Source of the DNA: Candidatus Jordarchaeales archaeon
GTDB lineage: Archaea; Asgardarchaeota; Jordiarchaeia; Jordiarchaeales; Freyrarchaeaceae
NCBI GenBank assembly: GCA_038858525.1
Contig: JAWCFL010000029.1
Coordinates: 1 to 18,876, forward strand
DNA length: 18,876 bases
Direction of reading: 5' to 3'
Shown: positions 1-7,462 of the stretch, one piece after another
Layout: every line of letters starts with the position of its first letter
How positions within the stretch are numbered: the stretch's first letter is position 1
Notes under the pieces: model-generated
Told to the model about the DNA's origin: nothing
The model's input: only the letters and a program-made list of their open reading frames with translations
Database searches by the model: none
Program-made: the position numbers and the translations under genes

Positions 1-657
1 GTTGAGGAGAGAAAGTCCGAAGGCGTGCTGGGCATCGATGTCAACGAGTGTAGTATAGATTTGGCTGTTGTGAAGCCGGGTAAGGTTAGGTTCATCAAGA
101 TAGATATAAGTGAGGCAAAACACGTTAGAGGCAGGTACTTCAGGAAGAGGAGGAGCATTCAGGGTAAGACCTCGGGGGAGACAAAAGCTGAGCTGTTATC
201 GAAGTATTCTGGGAGGGAGAGGCGGAGGGTAAACGACGTACTTCATAGGGCGGCGAAGATTGTAGCTGGTGTGGTTGCCGAGGAAAACGTTAAACCTGTA
301 ATGGAGGAGCTCACCCACATAAGGGAAAGAATACGGTATGGTAGGGTGATGAATAGGAGGCTCCACAGCATACCATTCAGAAGAATTCAGTTCTACATCT
401 CCTATAAGGGGATGGAGCATGGCTTTAAGCCGGAAACCGTTGACGCTAAGAACACCTCTAGGACATCGATGTGTGGCGAAATTAGTAAGCCGAATGGGCA
501 TGTCTTCAAATGCAGGAAATGCGGCTTCCAGGCGGACAGACACTTTGTTGCCGCTTGGAACATCGCCATGAAGCTCTTGATGTGCCGTCCTTTACCGTTG
601 GCGGCGAAAGCCACCGATGAATTTAAAGAGGTGGAACGGATAGTTATAAAAAGTTAA
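1..657 (+). CDS. tnpB: IS200/IS605-family TnpB (RNA-guided endonuclease-like), 5'-truncated by the window edge; RuvC-III and Zn finger altered
   Basis: Frame is open from base 1 (VEERKSEGVLGIDVN). It shows RuvC-I GIDVN (D at 37-39), a basic bridge region, RuvC-II VMEEL (E at 304-306), the Zn-ribbon region TSRTSMCG...CRKCG and a RuvC-III-like ADRHFVAAWNIA. Confidence 0.9.
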   Translation, partial: VEERKSEGVLGIDVNECSIDLAVVKPGKVRFIKIDISEAKHVRGRYFRKRRSIQGKTSGETKAELLSKYSGRERRRVNDVLHRAAKIVAGVVAEENVKPVMEELTHIRERIRYGRVMNRRLHSIPFRRIQFYISYKGMEHGFKPETVDAKNTSRTSMCGEISKPNGHVFKCRKCGFQADRHFVAAWNIAMKLLMCRPLPLAAKATDEFKEVERIVIKS

Positions 658-752
658 CTATCCGACAACGGTTGCAGGTTCTGCGCGGTCCTCGTGGGCG
701 ACACGAGGAAGCACAGACACTATTAGGCCCGGAATGGGCTTTTTTCAAAGCC
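596..752 (+). ncRNA. Candidate omega/reRNA scaffold and IS right-end region overlapping the tnpB 3' end
   Basis: Four hairpins: GAAA-tetraloop stem 596-619, perfect 10-bp IR 637-646/655-664, 8-bp IR 689-696/702-709 and 6-bp IR 737-742/747-752. TnpB RNAs are known to overlap this position. Boundaries are not determined. Confidence 0.4.
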
Positions 753-825
753 GACTTCAAAAACGGGTATGATATGCATGACTGCTGAAGACCCTCACTG
801 TGCCCTTGTTCACATATTCTCCAAA

Positions 826-863
826 TACGGTAAGCCTTAAATATGTCTTTACGGTAATGCTTA
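826..863 (+). promoter_or_regulatory. TATA box flanked by two 14-bp imperfect direct repeats; putative operator of the TA operon
   Basis: TACGGTAAGCCTTA (826-839) and TACGGTAATGCTTA (850-863) match at 12/14. TTAAATA lies at 837-843 and a GGTGG RBS-like motif precedes the ATG at 876. Confidence 0.5.
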
Positions 864-875
864 TGTGGTGGGTCT

Positions 876-1097
876 ATGGGTGTGAAGACGACCATTGTTC
901 TGCCGGACGATCTTTACAGGGAACTTAAAAGGAGGGCTGTTGAGGAGGGGAGACCGATGAGGGACCTGATCGTCGACGCCCTCCTGAATTACCTGTCAAG
1001 ACGGAGAGGGTTAAGTGTTAAGGATCTTATTTTGAAGCCTGTCGATGGCATGGAGCCTGAAGACCTTAGAGAGTATGAGGGAGAAGATATTGATTAG
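876..1097 (+). CDS. CopG/ribbon-helix-helix antitoxin
   Basis: KTTIVLPDDLYRELKRRAVEEGRPMRDLIVDAL fits the RHH pattern; acidic C-terminal tail; overlaps the downstream PIN gene. Confidence 0.85.
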   Translation: MGVKTTIVLPDDLYRELKRRAVEEGRPMRDLIVDALLNYLSRRRGLSVKDLILKPVDGMEPEDLREYEGEDID

Positions 1098-1569
1098 GGC
1101 CTTCGTCGATACGGAGGTCTGGAGCATAGCGAAGAAAAGACCCGCCATGGAAAAGTTTAGATCGAAGGAGGATTACGAGAGGGCCTTCAGGCTTCACGAG
1201 TCTTGCAAGAGGTTTTTCGAGGAGGAGTTTGAAAAACTCAGAACATATATGGCTTTGCACCAGGTTGCGGAGATCTTCCATGTTCTTGCCTTTAGAGGCT
1301 ACAGGGTTCCCCTAGATGAAGCCCTAAGAATCGTCGTGGGAATAATGGAAGACGACGGAATAGTAAAAATCCCGACGAGCCTAGGACACGTAAAGGAGTC
1401 TGTTGAAGCCTGCAAGGAGACTGGCATCCACGTGTGGGACTTCCTGTGCTTTATCCCGGTGAAAAACTACGTTAACGTGGTTTACTCACTGGACAAACAC
1501 TTCTTGACTATCGGGAAAAAATACAATGTTAAGGTCGTAAATCCCGCTGAAGAATGGCTCGAAATCTAA
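1075..1569 (+). CDS. vapC: PIN-domain toxin (VapC-like ribonuclease); start at ATG 1075 or TTG 1090
   Basis: PIN acidic tetrad motifs FVDTEV, VAEIF, VWDFL and SLDKHF; translational overlap with the antitoxin. Confidence 0.85.
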   Translation: MREKILIRAFVDTEVWSIAKKRPAMEKFRSKEDYERAFRLHESCKRFFEEEFEKLRTYMALHQVAEIFHVLAFRGYRVPLDEALRIVVGIMEDDGIVKIPTSLGHVKESVEACKETGIHVWDFLCFIPVKNYVNVVYSLDKHFLTIGKKYNVKVVNPAEEWLEI

Positions 1570-1723
1570 CCACAAATGAGTAGCCTCCACCCTCAACACA
1601 CCTACTTTCAGCAAACTGGAAGCACTTTTCTTGAGTTCGTTTTTTCAGGTTCCTGTCGCCGCCCCTTTCTATTGATGTTAACGGTATTTGTGTGGAAAGA
1701 GTAGCCATCCGTTAGAGGTGTTT

Positions 1724-3329
1724 GTGTTAGGCGTATCTGGCGAAGAATTATACCAAGTTGTGAAAGATTTATGTGGTTTCGGTTATAGGAAGGCGGGGAC
1801 GCCGCCAGCTGAAAAGGCTGAAAGGTACAATTTATGAGAAGTTGAAGGAGGCGGGGCTGCCGGAAGTTGCCCTTGAGTCCCTCAATTTTACGCGTTGGTG
1901 GTGGAGAGGTGCAAGGTAACTGTTCTGTAGTGGGACGCCCAGCGCTTCGCCAGACCATTCTGTTGAGGCGTTTCCGGTCTGGTTTAGTGGCTCAACGGGG
2001 CTTGACGGTGACCGCTGAGGTCGCATATGTCGGATGCGGGACGCCGGCGGGGTTTCGAGGCGATGGACGTTGAGGGAAAAATAGTCCTTATGGAGGAACA
2101 GAATAATACTTAACTTCCACCCGACCTTTCTCGTCTTCAACTAGCTTGGACCCGCAAAGATCAGGGTCCCTCGGCGCCATCATTTTCGGCGGAGCTCCAC
2201 TAGACGCGGCGCCGTACTTTTTCTTGGCGGAGGGGTTGGAGGGATGGGGGAGAGGCTGCCCGCGCTCGTGGTGAGCAACGATGACGGCAACTACCTTAAA
2301 GCCTCGCGGCGAGGGCGGCCTCACAGTTAGGCTACGAGGACGCGAGGACCGGGGAGGCGAGCAGCATCATAGTTGGAACACTGCCCGGGAGGAGCGACGA
2401 CATTTATACTCGTCGGCACACGTGGACGCACATTCACTGGGGGCGTGAATAACGCCGGCGCCAACGCAGGACTCATTGGGCTCGCAAAGCACTACGCTAA
2501 GGCTCCCCTTGAGATGAGGTAGAAGACCATGGTGTTCGCCGGCTGGACAAGGCACGAGGCAGCCTTTCTCGGAGCCAGGAAATTCGTGGAGATACACGGA
2601 GACCTACTGAGAAGGGTGGCAGCTTTCATAATGCTCGACGGATTCGGCTCAAAGGGGTACTACAACCAAGCTGATGGAAGCGTGGTCGAGACATGGATAG
2701 ACGAGAAGAGAGGACTTTTCATATTTGACAACCCGACGCTTATACCGCCGGTGATTGAGGCGGCGCTAAGGTACAGGTTGCTGCCGGCAGCGTACGTCTC
2801 AGCTAGGGCCCTGCCGGTGAGCGACCTAGGCCCATTCGTGAGAGCAGGAGTCCCGTCACTCATGATTATAGGTAAGCTGGTGTGGTATCACACTGTTTAC
2901 GACACCCCCGACAAGATGACTCCTGAACAGCTTGAGAGAAACCTAAAAGGACACATACACGTCATAGACAAGATACACGAAACCCCCGCCAGCGAAATAA
3001 GACGGGCGGACGGCAAACTGAAGGATATAAAGGAGTTCATAACGCGAAGGCCCGATGCCGCACCACCATCAGGGGACTTCACAGTCACGCCTAACCCGGT
3101 GGTTGAGGGATGCCCCGCAGTATTCCACGTCACCGTCTTCACGGCGCCCGAGAGCGTTGTGCTCGAAGTCTGCTGGGACTTCGGAGATGGATCCACCTCG
3201 GCATCACTTATAGGAGTCCACGTGTACCAGAAGGCGGGAACATACAAGGCAACTCTGAAAGTGGTGGACAGCAACGGCAACACGGCAACAACTAAGAGAA
3301 ATGTGAGAGTAATTAAGAAATCCAGGTAA
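1724..3329 (+). pseudogene. PA-domain M28-family peptidase with C-terminal PKD domain, disrupted in its 5' half
   Basis: GTG 1724 follows GAGGTG. Consecutive fragments lie in shifting frames: GYRKAGTPPAEKAERY / IYEKLKEAGLPEV / VEAFPVWFSGSTG / TAEVAYVGCGT / FEAMDVEGKIVLME / LPALVVSNDDGNYLK / IVGTLPGRSDD / IILVG...NNAG...LAKHYAK. An in-frame TAG follows at 2520-2522, then the intact C-terminal half. Confidence 0.8.
2529..3329 (+). CDS. Open 266-aa C-terminal remnant: half M28 peptidase domain plus PKD domain
   Basis: MVFAGWTRHEAAFLGA, IMLDGFG, SDLGPF and WYHTVYDTPD are M28-like. WDFGDG...HVYQKAGTYKATLKVVD is a PKD motif. Expression is unknown. Confidence 0.55.
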   Translation: MVFAGWTRHEAAFLGARKFVEIHGDLLRRVAAFIMLDGFGSKGYYNQADGSVVETWIDEKRGLFIFDNPTLIPPVIEAALRYRLLPAAYVSARALPVSDLGPFVRAGVPSLMIIGKLVWYHTVYDTPDKMTPEQLERNLKGHIHVIDKIHETPASEIRRADGKLKDIKEFITRRPDAAPPSGDFTVTPNPVVEGCPAVFHVTVFTAPESVVLEVCWDFGDGSTSASLIGVHVYQKAGTYKATLKVVDSNGNTATTKRNVRVIKKSR

Positions 3330-3372
3330 AACAGGGAAGCGCTAAAGACACTAACATTACAGATACTAACAT

Positions 3373-3402
3373 GGTTGCCTTAAGAAAAAGGTTGCCTTAA
3401 GA
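3373..3402. repeat. 13-bp direct repeat GGTTGCCTTAAGA x2 (period 17)
   Basis: Exact copies at 3373-3385 and 3390-3402; preceded by ACTAACAT x2 (3350-3357, 3365-3372). Confidence 0.8.
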
Positions 3403-3494
3403 CGAAGCGGGGGAGGAGACCAGCACACTGCGCTCGTCGCCCCTCAAGTATGGTGATTTCGCTCTCCTGTTTCGTAACAGGAGTTTGGAGCTGC

Positions 3495-3911
3495 CTAAAA
3501 CTCTTCAATCTCCCGGTGGAACTTTTTAATGTTCTCTGCGAGCTCCCTCAAATACTGCTTCACGTCTTCTAGGTCGCTCTTCAACCTTCCCATTATTTCT
3601 CTTATCTGAATGCGGGGGTATACGTGTGCTAGGATGTGGCGGAACTTAACCATGCCAGTCAGCTTCCCCCTCACCCCACTCGATATCAGTCCATGACTGA
3701 ATAGGATGTCGAATGCCTCAGCATAAGACTCAGGCGGGTCAAGTCTCAACTCGCTTATAACCTTTAGAGCCAAATCTATTGATCCCTGCACTGTGACGTA
3801 AAGGTACCAGAGGAGTGTACCCTGAAGCAGTTCGTCAACTAGGATCTCATCCCCTCTTTCAACAAGCCCCTCAAGAATACTTATTGCCCTCAGAATTTCC
3901 CTATACACCAT
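3495..3911 (-). CDS. hepT: HepT-like (DUF86) HEPN ribonuclease toxin
   Basis: LLWYLYVTVQGSIDLA, PPESYAEAFDIL and FRHILAHVY (RX4HXY motif). The likely ATG at 3911 overlaps the upstream MNT stop. Confidence 0.88.
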   Translation of the reverse strand: MVYREILRAISILEGLVERGDEILVDELLQGTLLWYLYVTVQGSIDLALKVISELRLDPPESYAEAFDILFSHGLISSGVRGKLTGMVKFRHILAHVYPRIQIREIMGRLKSDLEDVKQYLRELAENIKKFHREIEEF

Positions 3912-4284
3912 GGAGAACCCTCTCGGAAAACCTCTTAAGTATCCTCTCATAGGTCTCCTTGTACTCTAAGGCTTCGACGAGCGTCTCGTATATGAACCGC
4001 TTCAACACGCTTTCATCCTTAGCGAAAAGGATCTTCCCCTCCCTCAAAACCCTAAGCCTGAAGAGAGGCGGGGCGTTGTTCAGGATCTTCAAATCGACAA
4101 GCCTCTCAAGAAAGGGAATCTTGTCCATCAGCTCCCGGACGCTCAGGTCCCTTGAAACGTAAACTCCAACGTCCAAGTCACTAAATTTATGCATCCTCCC
4201 CCTACAGCTGGAGCCAAACCATATGGCGAACTCAACCCCATCAATACTCCTCAGGCACTCAGAAACAACATCAACATCACCCAA
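3901..4284 (-). CDS. mntA: Minimal nucleotidyltransferase antitoxin (MntA-like)
   Basis: FGSSCRGRMHKFSDLDVGV (GSx10DxD), VDLKILNNAPPLF and EGKILF. Probable TTG start at 4284 after GGTGGTGG, with a TTTTATAG box about 30 bp upstream. Confidence 0.88.
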   Translation of the reverse strand: MGDVDVVSECLRSIDGVEFAIWFGSSCRGRMHKFSDLDVGVYVSRDLSVRELMDKIPFLERLVDLKILNNAPPLFRLRVLREGKILFAKDESVLKRFIYETLVEALEYKETYERILKRFSERVLHGV

Positions 4285-4431
4285 AGCCACCACCAAGAAA
4301 AACCTGCACTGCAATCTATAAAAGAAGTTCGCACCATGAAAGAAGCAACACGTATAACCGGAAGCCACGGCAACCTAAAATACCCTGAAACGCCTAATTA
4401 ACCACAGTCGTCCTGCTAGTTGGTGGTTGCA

Positions 4432-4842
4432 TTGTCCCGATGGGAGGCTGAAGCTGAAAGGTGGCTTAGGGACGCTGTGGAGGACTTGGCCGTAGCTGAG
4501 GACCTCCTGAAAACCTTACACTACGCCGCTTCATGCTTCCACTCGCAGCAGGCGGCGGAGAAAGCCCTCAAATCCGCCCTATACAGGAAAGGCGTCGAGG
4601 CACGTAGCCACTCGGTTTACGCTCTTCTGCTGAGAACAGGGAAAACTTACAATGTGCAGGTTGACTCCTTCGAGTGGCAGGCTAAGCTGCTCGATAAGCA
4701 CTACACTCCGCCAAGATATCCAAACCTGCACCCGGGAATAGAACTCGCCGCCTACGAGCTATACGGAAAGGAGGACGCTGAGAAATGCCTGGAAGCAGCG
4801 AGGAACGTGATAGATTTCGTGATGAAGTTATCGAAGAGCTGA
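4432..4842 (+). CDS. HEPN-domain protein (PF05168-type)
   Basis: WLRDAVEDLAVAEDLL, ASCFHSQQAAEKALK, HSV and LDKHYTPPRYPN. Probable TTG start at 4432 after GGTGG (alternative 4420). Confidence 0.9.
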   Translation: MSRWEAEAERWLRDAVEDLAVAEDLLKTLHYAASCFHSQQAAEKALKSALYRKGVEARSHSVYALLLRTGKTYNVQVDSFEWQAKLLDKHYTPPRYPNLHPGIELAAYELYGKEDAEKCLEAARNVIDFVMKLSKS

Positions 4843-5291
4843 AGAGGAGGATGCGTGAGGTAAGATGCCTCATAGACCCGTTAGGAGGAAAGGTTAAGCT
4901 CATCGGAGTTGTCGGAAGCTTCGCAAGGGGCGACTGGCACCCCGGAAGCGACATAGACGTAATCCTAGTATACGAGGGGGTTTCGGGGCCGCACTGGAAA
5001 AGGCTTGACCTCCCACCGGTGATCATAAGGGGGCACAGCGTTGAGTACCACGTGTTATCACCTGAAGAGTTCAAGCTTCTATGTGAAGAAGCGAGAATGA
5101 CCGCATACGACCTCTTCAATGAAGGAATAATAATACACGCAGACAAACAATACCTGGATGGGGTTAGGAGGATGTTCGACGAGGCAGCCGAAAGAATGCG
5201 AGTAGCAAAAAAAGGAAGCTTCCTAATTAGAGAGAAACTATCTAACATGGGCGAAAATGATCATGAAGCCCGGCAACAACCAATAATCTAA
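4785..5291 (+). CDS. Minimal nucleotidyltransferase (MNT) partner of the HEPN protein
   Basis: VVGSFARGDWHPGSDIDVILV, SPEEF and EGIII; overlaps the HEPN gene. Start is uncertain. Confidence 0.87.
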   Translation: MPGSSEERDRFRDEVIEELKRRMREVRCLIDPLGGKVKLIGVVGSFARGDWHPGSDIDVILVYEGVSGPHWKRLDLPPVIIRGHSVEYHVLSPEEFKLLCEEARMTAYDLFNEGIIIHADKQYLDGVRRMFDEAAERMRVAKKGSFLIREKLSNMGENDHEARQQPII

Positions 5292-5352
5292 TTAGATGAG
5301 CCACTGTTAAATAAAATAACGTTGGTTTCTTAATCCAAGTTGGTGAACGTGG

Positions 5353-5652
5353 ATGGCGGAAAAAGCCCTTGACTCTATTTCGGAAGGAATGTTTGGTAGA
5401 CGAGTTACCCTGAGTGGCCTAGTTGTCAACTGCAAATCGGGCCCCTGCCTAAAGTTGAAGAATGGCATCGTTTACATTCCGGAATTGGAAAATCATGAAG
5501 AACTCGTGGGGAAAACCATTTACGTGACAGGGCTCCTTCTAGTGAAGAAAATAATCCCAGACCCACAAATCAATAATAGCGGAGCAGTAAGCACAGGAGC
5601 ATACGGCGACCAGCTAGTTCTGGAGAACATATCCGAAATAAAAATCGACTAG
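5353..5652 (+). CDS. Small hypothetical protein, beta-rich (possibly OB-fold-like)
   Basis: 99-aa ORF with its own TTAAATAAAA box (about 5309) and a GGTGA RBS; alternating beta-strand pattern (VTLSGLVVN, IVYIP, IYVTGLL). Confidence 0.7.
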   Translation: MAEKALDSISEGMFGRRVTLSGLVVNCKSGPCLKLKNGIVYIPELENHEELVGKTIYVTGLLLVKKIIPDPQINNSGAVSTGAYGDQLVLENISEIKID

Positions 5653-5744
5653 CAACACCACTAAAGGACCTCAACTCTCATGGAAGGCAAAAATAATCAT
5701 ACAAAAGCAATTGGTTTGCCGCTTAGAGGTTCTTTTGTTTTATC

Positions 5745-6902
5745 TTATTGTGGCGGCGCCAATACAGTTACCGTGGCTTTGGTGTCCGTCGTTGTTTTCC
5801 ATGTATTTAGTAGCTCCAAGCGCGCATACGATACTTTGGCTGGCGTGAATGAGGAATACGCTTTGGTCACGATTGGGAACGTGTTTGTACTCGTAACTGT
5901 GAATCTTTTGAGGGAGCTGTAAACCTCACCGTCAGGACCCAGACACAAAACCATGGCCGCAGGGTAATCTCCCGCCGAAAACGTCTCGGTGCTTCCAACC
6001 ACAACAATGTTCCCGTCATCGTCGACGGTAACGTCCTCAGCAAAGTCGTCGCCTTCTCCTCCATACGTCCTCTGCCATAGCGCATCCCCATACTCATTAA
6101 GCTTCAAAACCCAAACGTCACTTTTTCCAGCACCAAACGTCTCAGTGCTTCCAGCAACCACGATGTTTCTATCCTCATCAATAGCAACACTATGAGCTTC
6201 ATCGTTCTTTTTTCCTCCATAAGCCTTCTGCCAGACTATGTTCCCGTTTTCGTCCAGCTTCAAAACCCAGAAGTCTAAGCCGCCAGCACCAAAGGAGCCC
6301 GTGCTTCCAGCCACAATAATGTTTCTATCCTCATCAATAGCAACACTATGAGCTTCATCGTTATTTTTTCCTCCATACGCCTTCTGCCAGACTATGTCTC
6401 CGTCTTTGTCCAGCTTCAAAACCCAAACGTCTCTTTTTCCAGCTCCAAACGTCTCAGTGCTTCCAGCAACCACGATGTTTCCCTCACCATCAATAGCAAG
6501 ACAATTAGCCTCATTGTTACCTTTCCCTCGGCACGCCTTCTGCCAGACTATGTCTCCGTCTTTGTCCAGCTTCAAAACCCAAACGTCACTCTTCTTGCTG
6601 AAAGGAAAACGCTCGAGTCCAACAATCACGATGTTTCCCTCGTCGTCAACAGCAACCTTGCGAGCATCTTCATCCTCCTCTCCTCCATAAGCCTTCTGCC
6701 AGACTATGTCTCCGTCTTTGTCCAGCTTCAAAACCCAGAAGTCTAAGCCGCCAGCACCAAAGGAGCCCGTGCTTCCAGCCACAATAATGTTCCCTTCTTC
6801 GTCAAAGGCAACACTACCAGCAAAATCTACAGGAGCATTACGACGTCCTCCATATATTTTTACCCATTTATTTACAATACCCCCCCCACCAATTTTCACC
6901 AA
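5745..6902 (-). CDS. Beta-propeller repeat protein (six ~52-aa WxKxYGG...D..GNIVVAGST..FGAG..DxWVLKLD repeats) with a Thr-rich tail
   Basis: 385-aa ORF with six aligned repeats; AT-rich TATA-like element just upstream; no signal peptide evident. Confidence 0.88.
   Translation of the reverse strand: MVKIGGGGIVNKWVKIYGGRRNAPVDFAGSVAFDEEGNIIVAGSTGSFGAGGLDFWVLKLDKDGDIVWQKAYGGEEDEDARKVAVDDEGNIVIVGLERFPFSKKSDVWVLKLDKDGDIVWQKACRGKGNNEANCLAIDGEGNIVVAGSTETFGAGKRDVWVLKLDKDGDIVWQKAYGGKNNDEAHSVAIDEDRNIIVAGSTGSFGAGGLDFWVLKLDENGNIVWQKAYGGKKNDEAHSVAIDEDRNIVVAGSTETFGAGKSDVWVLKLNEYGDALWQRTYGGEGDDFAEDVTVDDDGNIVVVGSTETFSAGDYPAAMVLCLGPDGEVYSSLKRFTVTSTNTFPIVTKAYSSFTPAKVSYARLELLNTWKTTTDTKATVTVLAPPQ
5922..6866 (-). 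repeat. 156-bp period intragenic tandem repeats with identical sub-blocks
   Basis: CAGCTTCAAAACCCA recurs at 6255, 6411, 6567 and 6723. Identical blocks are 6252-6323 = 6720-6791 (72 bp) and 6163-6206 = 6319-6362 (44 bp). Confidence 0.92.
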
Positions 6903-7222
6903 AACTCACTGAGTATTTGAATCAAGAATAAAAATTTTGCGCTTAAAAAATAAACCAGTTTGTCCCTTAGTAACTATCCTTCGTTTTCTTGGTCGTCCTC
7001 CATCTGGTAGATGCAGTTAGAAACGCATCCTCTACCAAAACTCTAGACGTAAAAACCAGCACCGAAGAACCACTCAAGCAGAAAGATATCAAGGTTGCAC
7101 CGGAAAAGCTAAGACTCAGCACCAGCGATCCATACAATTAAAAACAAGGAAAAACACTGAATAGAACGCTAGAAGCGAAGAAAGAGATACACCTTAACCT
7201 AGAGCAAAAAGTTTGTGCCCGT

Positions 7223-7290
7223 TTAGCAAAGGTCGATTCCAACTGCCAAATTATAATACCGCACCCGAAATCCGCCAATCATGTTACGTC
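7223..7290 (+). pseudogene. Short remnant of an AbrB/MazE-type antitoxin
   Basis: LAKVDSNCQIIIP is followed in a shifted frame by PEIRQ, matching the KVDxxGxIxIPxEIR pattern. No intact start or full ORF. Confidence 0.4.
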
Positions 7291-7462
7291 GCCCCCCGAA
7301 CGCACTCCGACAATTAATCTATGAAGCAGGCAAAGAAAGGTAGGTTGACACCATATAGCTGACACAACGTATACCAAAAACCACAATGAATATAAGAAAA
7401 TAAGAAAAACAATATTATTATATTCCTTCGAAGATGCTGCTACGTGGGGGGGAATGTAAAGA

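Noticed and set aside
2520-2522. In-frame TAG as pyrrolysine or read-through
   Set aside because: The upstream region also carries many frameshifts, so read-through would not restore the protein; no pyl genes are in the window.
3991-4008. 16/18 match between part of the 38-bp insert (11776-11793, reverse complement) and mntA; also a ~15-nt near-match at 15381-15396
   Set aside because: The matches do not extend to either side and are short enough to arise by chance or shared codon usage, so they are not credible protospacers.
5922-6866. 156-bp repeats as a CRISPR array or DGR template/variable repeat
   Set aside because: The repeats are contiguous in-frame protein repeats, differences are not adenine-specific, and no reverse transcriptase is present.
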